Below, piece by piece: positions 28,317 to 38,554 of a DNA stretch of 64,000 bases. Numbering within the stretch: position 1 is the first letter of the stretch; every line of letters starts with the position of its first letter. The translations under genes and the position numbers were made by a program. Source of the DNA: Longimicrobiales bacterium (GTDB lineage Bacteria > Gemmatimonadota > Gemmatimonadetes > Longimicrobiales > Gaopeijiaceae); the NCBI GenBank assembly GCA_965238005.1, contig OZ250165.1, forward strand, positions 96,001 through 160,000, given 5' to 3'. Under the pieces are notes generated by a model that saw only the letters and a list, made by a program, of their open reading frames with translations, ran no database searches and was not told the DNA's origin.

Positions 28317-28659
28317 AGAAGGCTGTTGAAGGAGTACAGCGGGTCGCCACCCGTGCTACCGCACGGGTACCCGGGATGCCACGGCCCCAGATCCTAGGCG
28401 GAGCGACGACGCCATAGCCGTCGCTACGGTTAGGAGCTCCAACAACGGGGGCACCACGCGAAGCGTGGTCGGGGCCGTGCCACCGCAACCCACGAACATG
28501 TAAGTTCATATTGACATTGTGTTGGGCACAGGGCGGTTGCGCGGTTGATCCTGCGTCTCTCCTCCTCGCCGTAGCTCGGCTACGACTCGTCGTCGTTCCC
28601 TGCCTGAACGCGCGCAAGCGCCCTGTGCGCGACCCACTGTACTCCTTCAACAGCCTTCT
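28317..28659. mobile_element. Non-coding MITE-like element A
   Basis: 23-bp perfect terminal IR AGAAGGCTGTTGAAGGAGTACAG extended by (C/T)GGGTCGC; CTAG/CTGG at ends; two internal long hairpins; no transposase. Confidence 0.85.
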
Positions 28660-28673
28660 GGTCTTCGATGTAT

Positions 28674-29489
28674 TCAGATCCGCGCGATTACGGCCCGGAT
28701 GAGTTTTGTAAGCCTCGGCTCCGCCTCCGTGGCGGTGGCGATGATGGTCTGCACGTCCGCCTCCTCCAGGGCATCGGGGAGGCACTGATCGGTGATGATG
28801 CAGAGTCCCAGCACCTTCATTCCCATGTGTCGGGCGACGATCACTTCCGGCACCGTCGACATTCCCACCACATCGGCTCCTATCCGACGGAGCATGCGAT
28901 ACTCGGCCCGGGTCTCCAGGCTGGGTCCGACCACCGCCACGTATACGGCCCGGCGGAGCTGAATGGCCATCTCCAGGGCCGTCTCTATCGTGAGTCCCTC
29001 CAGCTCCCGATCGTAGGGCTCCGACATGTCGGGGAATCGCGGTCCGAGGGCGTCGATGTTCTCCCCGACCAGCGGATTGTCGCCCAACAGGTTGATGTGG
29101 TCGTCCAGGACGACCAGATCGCCGGGAGCCCACAGCGGGTGCATTCCCCCCACCGCAGCGGAAACGATGAGCGTCTCGGCCCCCAGATTACCCATGACGC
29201 GGATGGGCAGGGTGATGTCGCGGAGGTCGTGGCCCTCGTAGCGGTGAAAGCGCCCCTGCATGGCCACCACCGGCTGTCCCTCCAGGGTCCCGAACAGCAG
29301 ACGGCCGGAGTGGCTCTCCACGGTGGGAATCGGAAAGTGAGGGATGTCCTCGTATGAGATCGCCGTCTCCACCTCGATCTCGTCGGCGATGGCTCCGAGG
29401 CCAGTGCCCAGGACGATCCCGATACGAGGCTCGGCCGACGTGCGATCTCGAATCGCCCGAGTGCTCTCCTGGATGCGATCCCACTCCAT
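28674..29489 (-). CDS. punA: Purine-nucleoside phosphorylase
   Basis: IVLGTGLG, MQGRFHRYEG, GPRFPDMS, GPSLETRAE, VGMSTVPE. Confidence 0.93.
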   Translation of the reverse strand: MEWDRIQESTRAIRDRTSAEPRIGIVLGTGLGAIADEIEVETAISYEDIPHFPIPTVESHSGRLLFGTLEGQPVVAMQGRFHRYEGHDLRDITLPIRVMGNLGAETLIVSAAVGGMHPLWAPGDLVVLDDHINLLGDNPLVGENIDALGPRFPDMSEPYDRELEGLTIETALEMAIQLRRAVYVAVVGPSLETRAEYRMLRRIGADVVGMSTVPEVIVARHMGMKVLGLCIITDQCLPDALEEADVQTIIATATEAEPRLTKLIRAVIARI

Positions 29490-29491
29490 CC

Positions 29492-30259
29492 TCAGTCCGT
29501 CTCCTGCTGGTCCCGCTTCAGGACGGACGAGAGCCACAGCGAGTCCTCACCCCCGGAGTCTTCCACGGCCTTCCCCTCCGCCGCCTCGGAAGACTCGATC
29601 TCTTCGGCGCCGGCGAGCTCGTCATCAACCATGTCGACTGTTTCAACAGTGTCGGCATCTTCGTCATCGTCGGAGACGACCGCCTCGGCGGTTTCGGCAG
29701 CAGCGACGGCCTCTGCTGACTCGTCGTCGGCCTCCTCTTCCTCCACGACGGTCCAGCTGCCACGTCCCAGCTCCAGATCGAGGGTGACGTCTTCCAGCGG
29801 AGTCCGGCTGGATTCGACCTCGACTGCGTCCAGCTCTCTCTCGAGCAAGGTGCGGAAGGCCTTGAGGAAGAGGATCCGGTGCCTCTCCAGCTCCTTCAGC
29901 GCCACCCGGCGCTCGTCGAGAAGCCTGTCGGCCGCCTGCAGCGTCTGCTCGATGCGCCCATGGGCCTCCCGCTCCAGAAATTGGGCTTCCCGCTCGGCCT
30001 GCTCCTTCACGTCCTGGCGCAGCTCTTGGGCCGTGACGAGTGCCTCCTGCACCGCGTGCTCCCGGCCTTCCTGAGCGTTGACCTGCTCCCCGAGCCTCTC
30101 GCTACGCTCCCTGAGCTGGAGGTTCTCCTTCACGAGTACCTCCATCCGCTCAGCCACGAGCTCGAGGAAGACGTCCACCTCCTGGGCATCATAGCCGCGG
30201 AGAGCCTTGGCGAAGTCACCTCGCTTCTTCCGTACGTCCAGCGGTGTGAGCTCGATCAT
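29492..30259 (-). CDS. divIVA: DivIVA domain protein with acidic tail
   Basis: LTPLDV...LRGYDAQEVDVFLE, coiled coil. Confidence 0.88.
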   Translation of the reverse strand: MIELTPLDVRKKRGDFAKALRGYDAQEVDVFLELVAERMEVLVKENLQLRERSERLGEQVNAQEGREHAVQEALVTAQELRQDVKEQAEREAQFLEREAHGRIEQTLQAADRLLDERRVALKELERHRILFLKAFRTLLERELDAVEVESSRTPLEDVTLDLELGRGSWTVVEEEEADDESAEAVAAAETAEAVVSDDDEDADTVETVDMVDDELAGAEEIESSEAAEGKAVEDSGGEDSLWLSSVLKRDQQETD

Positions 30260-30963
30260 GCTGTTCGTCTCCCGAAAAGAGCGGTCCCTAGGCGTATCAT
30301 CGTGCTGCCTTCCTCTATGGCGATCTCGAAGTCGTTGGTCATTCCCATTGAGAGCTCTTCCCCGGCGTATCCGTCCAGCTGCCGGAGCTCTTCATGGAGC
30401 TCGCGAACACCCCGAAACGTGCTCCGCAGCACCCTCTCGTCGTCCGTGAACGGAGCCATCGTCATGAGGCCCCTCACCTCCACTCCCGGTAACGCGAGGA
30501 TGCTTCTCAGGTCGTCTCCGATCCCCTGCCCCGGAAGGCCGCCCTTGGTCTCCTCGCCGGAAGTGTTCACCTGAATCAGCACGGGCTGTCTTTCGCCGGA
30601 TTCCTCCGCCGCGTTGGAGAGGCGCTGGGCCAATCGGAGAGAGTCGATCGAATGGACCAGCTCGGCGACCCCCACGACGCGCGGCGCCTTGCGGCGCTGC
30701 ACATGACCGATCATGTGCCACCGAACCCGCTCGTCTCCGATGGCGGCCGCTTTCTCCGCGAGCTCTTCGATCCTGTTCTCCCCCAGATCGAAGAGGCCGT
30801 GCGCCAGAGCGGCATGAACGGCCTCCAGGCTATGCGCCTTGGTCACTGCCACCAAGGTAACCCCGTCGAGATCCCGTCCACTCCGTTCCGCCGCTCGGAC
30901 GACCCTCTCCCGGATCTCCTCGAGGGAACGTTCGAGCCGTGCCTCGTACATGGGCGTGATCAT
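30256..30963 (-). CDS. yggS: YggS-family PLP-binding protein
   Basis: LVAVTK, GENR, WHMIGH, GLMTM, LSMGMTNDF, IRLGTALFG. Confidence 0.93.
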   Translation of the reverse strand: MITPMYEARLERSLEEIRERVVRAAERSGRDLDGVTLVAVTKAHSLEAVHAALAHGLFDLGENRIEELAEKAAAIGDERVRWHMIGHVQRRKAPRVVGVAELVHSIDSLRLAQRLSNAAEESGERQPVLIQVNTSGEETKGGLPGQGIGDDLRSILALPGVEVRGLMTMAPFTDDERVLRSTFRGVRELHEELRQLDGYAGEELSMGMTNDFEIAIEEGSTMIRLGTALFGRRTA

Positions 30964-30996
30964 TCTATCGTATCGCTTTAGGAGACGGTACCGGTC

Positions 30997-31030
30997 AAAA
31001 AAGGACCCCGCCGGCCACGCCGGCGGGGTC
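30997..31030 (-). terminator. Intrinsic terminator after tonB
   Basis: GACCCCGCCGGC-3 nt-GCCGGCGGGGTC followed by T6 on minus strand. Confidence 0.85.
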
Positions 31031-31057
31031 GCAATTCGGAACCCTCGAGCCCGGCCG

Positions 31058-31744
31058 CTAAAGGACCTCGAAGGTAATGGGAATTTGGACCCAGACCTTG
31101 ACCACCTTGTCGCGGTTCAGAGCGGGCGTGAACTCGTAGATGCCCGCAACCTCCAGGGCCGCATTGTCGAGCTGCTCGTGACCCGAGCTAGTGGCGATGC
31201 GCTTGTCCAGGACCCGGCCCTCTTCGGAGATGAAGAACCAGACCAAGGTCCGCCCCCCGATACCGGCGTCACGAAGGATCGGTGGATAGGCACGCGTCAT
31301 GGCCCGGATCACCTCACTCCGGTTCTTGATCTCCGGCTTCACAGTCATGGGCGTGAAGACTGGTGCAGCCGCAATGTTGATGGGCCGATCGGTAGGCGGC
31401 GGCGGCAGGTTGTTAACCGGGTTATCCTCGAACGTCGTCGGCGCGATCGTGATGTCCTCGTCGATTTCGGTGGTCGCGATCACGGGCGTCGCCGGGCGTG
31501 CGATCCTCTCGGGCGGAGGCGGAATCTCGATCTCCGGCGGAAGCTCGATGGTCTCGAGCTCGTCACTGCTGAACGACGTGTCGTCGGCCGTGAGCGTGGG
31601 CCAGAACTGGAAGGCCAGGAAGTGGACCACCGTGGCGGCGATCATCGACCCCCAGAACCACGAGCTGAAAGATCGTTTGAATCGATCGTTTTCGGTCTCG
31701 AGCCTGCCGGCCCCAAACCCGGCGGGTACAGCTTGAGCGTTCAT
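31058..31744 (-). CDS. tonB: Energy transducer TonB
   Basis: N-terminal TM with SxxxH, Pro-rich linker, YPPILRDAGIGG, SSGHEQLDNAA. Confidence 0.88.
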   Translation of the reverse strand: MNAQAVPAGFGAGRLETENDRFKRSFSSWFWGSMIAATVVHFLAFQFWPTLTADDTSFSSDELETIELPPEIEIPPPPERIARPATPVIATTEIDEDITIAPTTFEDNPVNNLPPPPTDRPINIAAAPVFTPMTVKPEIKNRSEVIRAMTRAYPPILRDAGIGGRTLVWFFISEEGRVLDKRIATSSGHEQLDNAALEVAGIYEFTPALNRDKVVKVWVQIPITFEVL

Positions 31745-32187
31745 CGTCTCTCCCTCGTCATGCGCTGCTCGAGTGCCGTGGCGAACACCACTCGGACAAC
31801 TCCCGCGGCGACCAATGCTTTCTGGACCTGGTCAATGGTCAGGTAGGGGACCTCCCGATCTCCTCGAATGGAGATGACCAGGGCTCGGTCCGACGCTACG
31901 TATAGGGGGCCTACCGTAGCAGTAATGTCCTCCATGTCGAACGGACGGTCGTTGATGAAAACGCCTCCGTCCCGTTCAACCCAGATGTTGAGGATGTTCT
32001 TCAGCTTCTCGTCGATCCTCTCCGTGGCCTCGGCCACCGGCCAGACGATGGGCCGGTTCCGATCCCTCTGGAAGACCGTCGTCACCATGAAGAAGATGAG
32101 AAGCAAGAATGCGATGTCAGCCATCGACGAGTTGGGAACGTCCGACGACGCCTGCGACTTACGCTTGAATCCGCCTTGGAGCGCCAT
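31741..32187 (-). CDS. exbD: ExbD/TolR family protein
   Basis: SMADIAFLLLIFFMVTT. Confidence 0.88.
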   Translation of the reverse strand: MALQGGFKRKSQASSDVPNSSMADIAFLLLIFFMVTTVFQRDRNRPIVWPVAEATERIDEKLKNILNIWVERDGGVFINDRPFDMEDITATVGPLYVASDRALVISIRGDREVPYLTIDQVQKALVAAGVVRVVFATALEQRMTRERR

Positions 32188-32192
32188 TGTCG

Positions 32193-32618
32193 CTAGCCCT
32201 CCAGGAGCTGTAGGGAGACACGCTCGGCACCGGCGGTGTGAAGCGCGTCCAGCACATCGACCATGAACTTGTACGGTGCGTCGGGATGCGTCTTCACGGC
32301 GGCGATGAGGTTGGCGTTCTCCGCGACTTCCTGGCGCCAGATCCCTTCGAGGGCGTTGGGCCGGACCTGCTGGATCTGCGGGCTCTCACCGCGTTTCAGG
32401 TCGACGATTCCGTTCGCCTGAATGATGATGTGGAGGATGTTCTTCTGGCTGACCTCGATCTCTTCCGCCTCCTCCGGAAGAACGATGGCGAGGCCCTTGT
32501 CCTTCGGGAAGGTCGTGGTCACCAGGAAGAAGATCAGGAGCAGGAACGCGATGTCCGCCATCGACGCAGAGGGGACCTCGTCGCTGACCTTCGACTTCTT
32601 GTTCTTGAGAACGGCCAT
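32193..32618 (-). CDS. exbD: ExbD/TolR family protein
   Basis: SMADIAFLLLIFFLVTT. Confidence 0.88.
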   Translation of the reverse strand: MAVLKNKKSKVSDEVPSASMADIAFLLLIFFLVTTTFPKDKGLAIVLPEEAEEIEVSQKNILHIIIQANGIVDLKRGESPQIQQVRPNALEGIWRQEVAENANLIAAVKTHPDAPYKFMVDVLDALHTAGAERVSLQLLEG

Positions 32619-32672
32619 TCTTCAGCCCTCGTATGTGTGCTCAGTTACCGGCGGTGCGACGTAAAGGTTCCT

Positions 32673-33422
32673 CTAGTCCTCTGCGGGCCCGGCGTCTCCG
32701 GATCCTGTGCCTTCGTCCCCGGGTTGTGGGGTGAACGCGGATCGCTCGGCGGCTGGAGCGAAGCCAGCCGGGGCGGCCTCCAAGCCACTCGAGAGATCCC
32801 AAGCCAGATCGAGGACCTTCTGCGCTCCCTGCTCCATGTCGACGATCAGCGCGTCGATGCGGGAGACGAAGAAATTGTAGCCGATGTTGACGGGAATTGC
32901 GATCAGGAGGCCCGTCGCCGTGGTCAGCAGCGCGACCTTGATCCCGCCCGCTACCAGCGTCGGATCTACGTCACCGGCCGCCTCGATGGACGCGAAGGCC
33001 AGGACCATCCCGACCACGGTACCTAAGAAGCCCATGAGGGGAGCGACGTTGGCCACGGTAGCCAGAATCACGAGTCCCCGCTCGAGGAAGCCCAACTCGA
33101 TGGTCCCCGTGGTCTTGATGGCTTGCTCCATCTCATTTAGCTCGATTTCCTCTGCCTTGATTTTTCGCAATCCCGCCACGAGGATGGCGGCAGCCGGTCC
33201 CGGTCGGGCGGCCGCCAGCTCGAGCGCCTCATCGAGCCGACCCTCGCGAGCAGCCTCGTCGACCTCGGCGAGAACGGCTTGGGTGCTGCTGTGGGCGACC
33301 GAGAGGGTCCACGCCTTCGCAATGATCACACCAAGCGCGACGAGCGAGCAGAGCACCAGGGGATACATCATCAGGCCGCCATCGGAGAACAGCGACAAAA
33401 GATGGTATTGGCTCGCGTCCAA
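32673..33422 (-). CDS. exbB: MotA/TolQ/ExbB proton channel
   Basis: APLMGFLGTVVGM, GGIKVALLTTATGL. Confidence 0.9.
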   Translation of the reverse strand: MDASQYHLLSLFSDGGLMMYPLVLCSLVALGVIIAKAWTLSVAHSSTQAVLAEVDEAAREGRLDEALELAAARPGPAAAILVAGLRKIKAEEIELNEMEQAIKTTGTIELGFLERGLVILATVANVAPLMGFLGTVVGMVLAFASIEAAGDVDPTLVAGGIKVALLTTATGLLIAIPVNIGYNFFVSRIDALIVDMEQGAQKVLDLAWDLSSGLEAAPAGFAPAAERSAFTPQPGDEGTGSGDAGPAED

Positions 33423-33584
33423 GCGACGCTCCTTTGTGCAACGGTCCCGGTACCGCCGGCCTGCCGACGGTCATCTGAGTGAAGACGCGCCAATCTAGTG
33501 CGCCGTCCCGAAAATTCCTAGACCATCTGCCAGATCATACGACATCAAAGGATTTGGGCTTTCAGGCCAGGTTCGCAAGCACCC

Positions 33585-34382
33585 TCACGCGAGGGTTGGG
33601 GCCAGGGCCGCCGGGCGTTCGGGTAACGTACCACCGAGGATCTCCCTGAGTCGCGCCGTTTCCACATCCCGCTCCAGCCGGCCGTGCTGCGCCACCGATA
33701 CCCGGGCGGTCTCCTCGCTGACCACGACGACCAGAGCGTCGGTCTCCTCGCTGAGGCCGATGGCCGCACGGTGGCGGGTACCCAGGGACTTGTCGGCGAC
33801 CGCGTACTGGGTCAGAGGAAGGATCGCACCGGCTGCCCGTATCTCGTCTCCCACCACTATCACCGCTCCGTCGTGCAGGGGACTCCCGGCCGTGAAGATC
33901 GTCTGAAGCATCTCGGACGAAACGCGGACCCTCTCCCGGCTACCGGTCTGACCGTACTCGTCGAGGCCGACCTCCTGCTCGATGGCGATGATGGCGCCCA
34001 TCTTCCTGCGAGAGAGCTCTTCGACACCGTGGACGATCTCGTCGATCAGCTGGCTTTCCTGCATCGGATTGACCATGCGGATCAGGCGACTCCGGCCGAG
34101 ACGGCTCAAGGCGGTCCTCAGCTCGGGCTGGAACACGACCAGAGCCGCAATGACCCCGTAACTGAAGACCGACTCCAGGATGTACTCGATGAGGGTCAGC
34201 CGGAGGACCTGGGAGACGAAATACGCTGCAGCCAGGACGAGCAGTCCCAGAAGGATCTGCATCGCCCGGGTTCGCCGGATAATCAGCAGAATCCTGTAGA
34301 GCAGAAACGCGACAAGGAGGATCTGGAGGAGGTCGAGCGGCCCCGGAAGGAAGAACTGCAGCTGATTCCAGAGTCGGGACAC
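33585..34382 (-). CDS. cdaA: Diadenylate cyclase
   Basis: 3 TM, VFQPELR, PLHDGA, GTRHRAA, VSEETA. Confidence 0.92.
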   Translation of the reverse strand: MSRLWNQLQFFLPGPLDLLQILLVAFLLYRILLIIRRTRAMQILLGLLVLAAAYFVSQVLRLTLIEYILESVFSYGVIAALVVFQPELRTALSRLGRSRLIRMVNPMQESQLIDEIVHGVEELSRRKMGAIIAIEQEVGLDEYGQTGSRERVRVSSEMLQTIFTAGSPLHDGAVIVVGDEIRAAGAILPLTQYAVADKSLGTRHRAAIGLSEETDALVVVVSEETARVSVAQHGRLERDVETARLREILGGTLPERPAALAPTLA

Positions 34383-34392
34383 TTTGGATCAG

Positions 34393-36606
34393 CTAGCTGG
34401 AGGCGCCTGCCTCCGGATCCTCGACACGGAGCCGGACCGCGGGGGTGCGTACGGTGTCGGGGCTCGACTCCTCGGCGCTCGAGTCCTCGCCGCCCGGCCC
34501 TTTCAGCGCGGCCCCCTCCAGAACCGTGCCTTCCTCGACGGCAGTGTCTTTCGCTGCGCCCTCCTCGACGGCAGTGTCCTCCGCCGTGCCTTCCTCGACG
34601 GCAGTGTCCTCCGCTGCGCCCTCCTCGACGGCAGTGTCCTCCGCCGTGCCTTCCTCGACGGCAGAATCGTCGGTGGCGTCGGATGAAGAAGCCGCTCCCT
34701 CGCCCTCCTCATCGTACTCGGGGGTCGCCAGGGGCGGGAGCTCCTCGCCGGCGTCCAAAGCCGCGATCTCGGCGGCATCCAGCGTCTCCCGGCCCAGGAG
34801 CGCCTGGGCCAGTTCCTCCAACAGATCGCGGTGCTCGGTGACCAGCGCCCGAGCGCTCTCGTGGGCCTCGTCAAGCACACGCTTGATCTCCTGATCGACC
34901 TGCTGGGCCGTGTGCTCCGACACCTCCCGGCGCTGGATCAGGTCACGGCCCAGGAAGACCTCCTGATCCGCCTGCCCGATGGCCATGAGACCGATGAGGT
35001 CGGACATGCCGAATCGGGTCACCATCTGGCGGGCCAGGGCCGTGGCCCTCTCGATGTCGTTGCCCGCTCCCGTGGTGATCTGGTTGGGCCCGAAGACCAT
35101 CTCCTCGGCGACACGCCCCCCGAAGAGCATGCACAGCTGCCCCTGGAGCCACTCTTTCGTATACGAGTGGCGGTCTTCCTCCGGCAGGCTCGCGGTGATG
35201 CCGAGGGCCCGCCCACGAGGCACGATGGTGATCTTGTGGACCGGGTCCATGCCGGGCAGACGGAGGCCGACAACGGCGTGGCCCGCCTCGTGGTATGCCG
35301 TGAGCCTCCGCTCCGAGTCCGTGAGCACCATGCTGCGCCGCTCGGCCCCGAGCATGACCTTGTCCTTCGCCTCTTCGAAGTGGGCGTTGCTCACCTTGTT
35401 GCTGCCGTCGCGAGCAGCCAGGAGGGCCGCCTCGTTACAGATGTTGGCCAGATCCGCGCCGCTGAGACCCGGAGTGCCCTTGGCCACGGCCTTGAGCTCC
35501 ACGTCTCCGGTCAGCGGTAGCTTCTTGGCGTGGACCCGAAGGATCCCTTCTCTGCCCCTGATGTCCGGGAGGTCCACGACGACCTGGCGGTCGAAACGGC
35601 CGGGCCGAAGGAGGGCTGGGTCGAGAACGTCGGGTCGATTGGTCGCCGCCAGCAGGATCACGCCCTCGTTGGCCTCGAAGCCGTCCATCTCGACCAGGAG
35701 GGCGTTGAGGGTCTGCTCGCGCTCGTCGTGCCCGCCTCCCAGGCCGGCTCCACGATGCCGTCCCACCGCGTCGATCTCGTCGATGAAGATGATGCAGGGG
35801 GCGTGGGCTTTGCCCTGCTCGAACAGGTCACGGACCCGGGACGCTCCCACACCGACGAACATCTCGACGAAGTCGGACCCGGACATCTGGAAGAACGGCC
35901 TCGCGGCCTCTCCCGCCACGGCACGGGCCAACAGCGTCTTTCCGGTGCCCGGAGGACCCACGAGCAGGACACCCTTGGGCAGCCGGCCACCGAGGCGCGA
36001 GAACCTCTGCGGGTCCTTGAGGAACTCGATGATCTCCTCGAGCTCTTCCTTCGCTTCGTCCGCCCCGGCGATGTCCGCGAAGGTGCCCGTGGGCGTGTCC
36101 GGCGCGATGAGCTTCGCCTTGGAGCGTCCGAATTGGAACGCCCTGTTTCCCCCACCCTGCATCGTGCGGAAGATCCAGATCCAAAACGCGATGAAGAGCA
36201 GCCAGGGCAACACGCCCAGTAGGAGGGTCCCCCAACCGCGTGTCTCCAGCTTACCCGAGATCTCGATCTCGTGCTGCTCCAGGTCGGCGAGGAGATCGGG
36301 AGTGATCTCGCCCGGGAGCATCACTGTGAACTTCTGGAACTCCTGGCCCTCTTCGATCCGCGGCGCCCGCAGCTCTCCCTCGATCAGGCGGCTCTCGACG
36401 ACCGTGACCTCGAGAATGTTGTCCGCGTCGAGCTGCGCCTTGAATTCCGTGTACGTGAACTCGACGGCCACGTCGCTCTGCCCCCGCATGAACTGGAAGG
36501 CGAGAGCCGTCATGAGGACGAGAAGCAGCCAGAAGGCACCGGTCCTTGAGAACCGGCTCATTGGAGATCCGTCGTTCGGCGTGCGAAGTGGGTCTTGTTC
36601 AGCCAT
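34393..36606 (-). CDS. ftsH: ATP-dependent zinc metalloprotease FtsH
   Basis: [28 protein letters not shown]. Confidence 0.97.
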   Translation of the reverse strand: MAEQDPLRTPNDGSPMSRFSRTGAFWLLLVLMTALAFQFMRGQSDVAVEFTYTEFKAQLDADNILEVTVVESRLIEGELRAPRIEEGQEFQKFTVMLPGEITPDLLADLEQHEIEISGKLETRGWGTLLLGVLPWLLFIAFWIWIFRTMQGGGNRAFQFGRSKAKLIAPDTPTGTFADIAGADEAKEELEEIIEFLKDPQRFSRLGGRLPKGVLLVGPPGTGKTLLARAVAGEAARPFFQMSGSDFVEMFVGVGASRVRDLFEQGKAHAPCIIFIDEIDAVGRHRGAGLGGGHDEREQTLNALLVEMDGFEANEGVILLAATNRPDVLDPALLRPGRFDRQVVVDLPDIRGREGILRVHAKKLPLTGDVELKAVAKGTPGLSGADLANICNEAALLAARDGSNKVSNAHFEEAKDKVMLGAERRSMVLTDSERRLTAYHEAGHAVVGLRLPGMDPVHKITIVPRGRALGITASLPEEDRHSYTKEWLQGQLCMLFGGRVAEEMVFGPNQITTGAGNDIERATALARQMVTRFGMSDLIGLMAIGQADQEVFLGRDLIQRREVSEHTAQQVDQEIKRVLDEAHESARALVTEHRDLLEELAQALLGRETLDAAEIAALDAGEELPPLATPEYDEEGEGAASSSDATDDSAVEEGTAEDTAVEEGAAEDTAVEEGTAEDTAVEEGAAKDTAVEEGTVLEGAALKGPGGEDSSAEESSPDTVRTPAVRLRVEDPEAGASS
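34524..34664. repeat. 30-bp tandem repeat (~4.7 copies) within ftsH 3' end
   Basis: (T/C)TCCTCGACGGCAGTGTCCTCCGC(C/T)G(T/C)GCC units encoding AVEEG(T/A)AEDT. Confidence 0.9.
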
Positions 36607-36650
36607 GTGTTTCTGCTACACCTGGAACGGCGTCGGAGTCCCACCGACGC

Positions 36651-37190
36651 TCACAAACTTGCAATATAGGGCAAGTGGCGGAAGTTTTCGCTGAAATCCA
36701 GCCCGTAGCCCACCAAGAACTCCCGCGGGGCGTCGAAGCCCACCCAGCGGGGCTCCTTCGCAAGCTGGCTGATGCGCTTGTGCAGAAGGGCACAGATCTC
36801 CAGGCTCTTGGGACCTCGCTCTTCCAGCAGCGGGACGAGGCGGTTCATGGTGTTTCCGCTGTCGACGATGTCCTCGACGATGATCACCGCCCGGTCTTCC
36901 AGCGTCGCCTCCGAATCATAGAGAAGCTGTACGTTGCCGCTGCTCATGGTGTCACTGCCGTAGCTCGACGCCACCAGAAAGTCGACATGAAGCGGCAGGT
37001 CGATGGATCGCACCAGGTCGGCCAGGAATATGAACGAGCCCTTTAGCAGGCCCAGCACCAGCAGATCGTCGTCCTCGGTGTAGGTCTCCGTGATCTCTCG
37101 ACCCATCTCCTCGACGCGCCGAGCGATCGCCTCCTCCGAGTAGACGATGCGGTTCAGCGCCTGTCCCCCCAACCTCGCCTGGGTAGTCAC
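36651..37190 (-). CDS. hpt: Hypoxanthine phosphoribosyltransferase
   Basis: [30 protein letters not shown] overlaps tilS stop. Confidence 0.93.
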   Translation of the reverse strand: MTTQARLGGQALNRIVYSEEAIARRVEEMGREITETYTEDDDLLVLGLLKGSFIFLADLVRSIDLPLHVDFLVASSYGSDTMSSGNVQLLYDSEATLEDRAVIIVEDIVDSGNTMNRLVPLLEERGPKSLEICALLHKRISQLAKEPRWVGFDAPREFLVGYGLDFSENFRHLPYIASL

Positions 37191-38554
37191 CGATCCTCCG
37201 ATGTGGACAACGAAATGGCGAACGCACTTTCCTCTTCGGCCGGGACGTGCTGGCATGAGCGAGACACGCCGGGAACCCAAAGCACGCGGCCACGGCCGTC
37301 CACCACGACGGGGACCCGAGACCGCTCAACCAGGGGTACGCGTGCCTCTCCGAAGACCTTCTTCAGCTTCTTGGATCCGTACGAGTACCGCACCCGGTCT
37401 CCGGGGCTCCACCCCCGCATCCGGAGGGGAAACTCGAGCTCTGCCAGGGAGAACCGCTCGACCCACGTTCCCTCGAGCGCCTCGGTGAGCGACCAAGTGG
37501 CCGACCAGTCCCGCCCTCTAATCACGAAACCCCCTCGACCCTCTCCGGGTTCGCCGATCTCAAGCGAGCCGTCGTCGCCTCGCTCCCTGATGAGCTCGAG
37601 CACGAGATGATCGAACGCGCGGTGCAACCTGAGGAGCCCTGTGATCCAGTGCTCCTTACCGCTAGCGCCCGCGCTTGCAAACGCAACGGCCGCCCGAGTT
37701 CCGGCCTCATCGAGCCGTACCCCCAAGCGGGCCGAGAGCGCCCGCAGCGCGCGGGCATGAACCTCCGAATCATACGCGAGCCAGGAGACCCGATCAACGA
37801 CGATGCGGGCGTCGCTCGACTCCACGATCAAGTCGTCCAGGAGCTTTGCGAGGATCGACTGCCACGCCCTCTCTTCTCTCTGGGCGATGCGCGCCAGCCG
37901 CACCAGGGAGCCCCGAGTGCCCGGGGCTACCGCGGCCTCGAGGCGGGGCAGTACCTCGTGCCTGATCACGTTCCGGGCGAAGGCAGGATCTTCGTTGGAC
38001 GGATCGAGGCGCGGCTCGATCCCTACGGATTCCGCATACCGTGCGAGGCGATCCCGCGTGAACCGTAGCAGAGGCCTCAGGATTCCCGGTGCCCTCTGCT
38101 CCGGAATGCCTGCGAGGCCGCGAAGGCCCGTGCCACGAGCGATACGGAAGAGCACGGTCTCCGCTTGATCGTCGGCGTGGTGGGCAGTGACGATCCACCG
38201 GGCTCCCAACGCTCGATGCTCCGCTTCCAGAAACTCGTAGCGGGCCTCTCGGGCCTCCCCTTCGCCGGCAAGGCCGGCCTCCGCCACGCCCTCACGAAAG
38301 GGAAGATCCCAAGCCTGGGCCACTCCACGGACCCACGAGGCGTCGCCTGAGCTCTCGGGCCGCATACGGTGATCGAAGTGCCCGACGATGAGATGGAGTC
38401 TGGGAAGTCCCGGTGTGAATCGCAGAAGATGAAGCAGAACGAGGGAATCCAGCCCCCCGGACACGGCCACGAGGATCTTGTCACCCTCTGAGAAGAACCC
38501 TCGCTGGGCCACGTGCTCCTCGAAGTCACGCGCCAGCGCATGCCGATGGCTCAT
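37187..38554 (-). CDS. tilS: tRNA(Ile)-lysidine synthetase
   Basis: VAVSGGLDS, AREARY, TAHHADDQAET, RPLL, RNVIRH. Confidence 0.93.
   Translation of the reverse strand: MSHRHALARDFEEHVAQRGFFSEGDKILVAVSGGLDSLVLLHLLRFTPGLPRLHLIVGHFDHRMRPESSGDASWVRGVAQAWDLPFREGVAEAGLAGEGEAREARYEFLEAEHRALGARWIVTAHHADDQAETVLFRIARGTGLRGLAGIPEQRAPGILRPLLRFTRDRLARYAESVGIEPRLDPSNEDPAFARNVIRHEVLPRLEAAVAPGTRGSLVRLARIAQREERAWQSILAKLLDDLIVESSDARIVVDRVSWLAYDSEVHARALRALSARLGVRLDEAGTRAAVAFASAGASGKEHWITGLLRLHRAFDHLVLELIRERGDDGSLEIGEPGEGRGGFVIRGRDWSATWSLTEALEGTWVERFSLAELEFPLRMRGWSPGDRVRYSYGSKKLKKVFGEARVPLVERSRVPVVVDGRGRVLWVPGVSRSCQHVPAEEESAFAISLSTSEDR

Noticed and set aside
28317..28659. T-box riboswitch upstream of ileS
   Set aside because: Only imperfect GGTGG.AC-like matches; perfect terminal IRs and a second copy next to an unrelated gene favour a MITE.
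34524..34664. CRISPR-like 30-bp repeats
   Set aside because: Head-to-tail with no spacers and in frame within ftsH.
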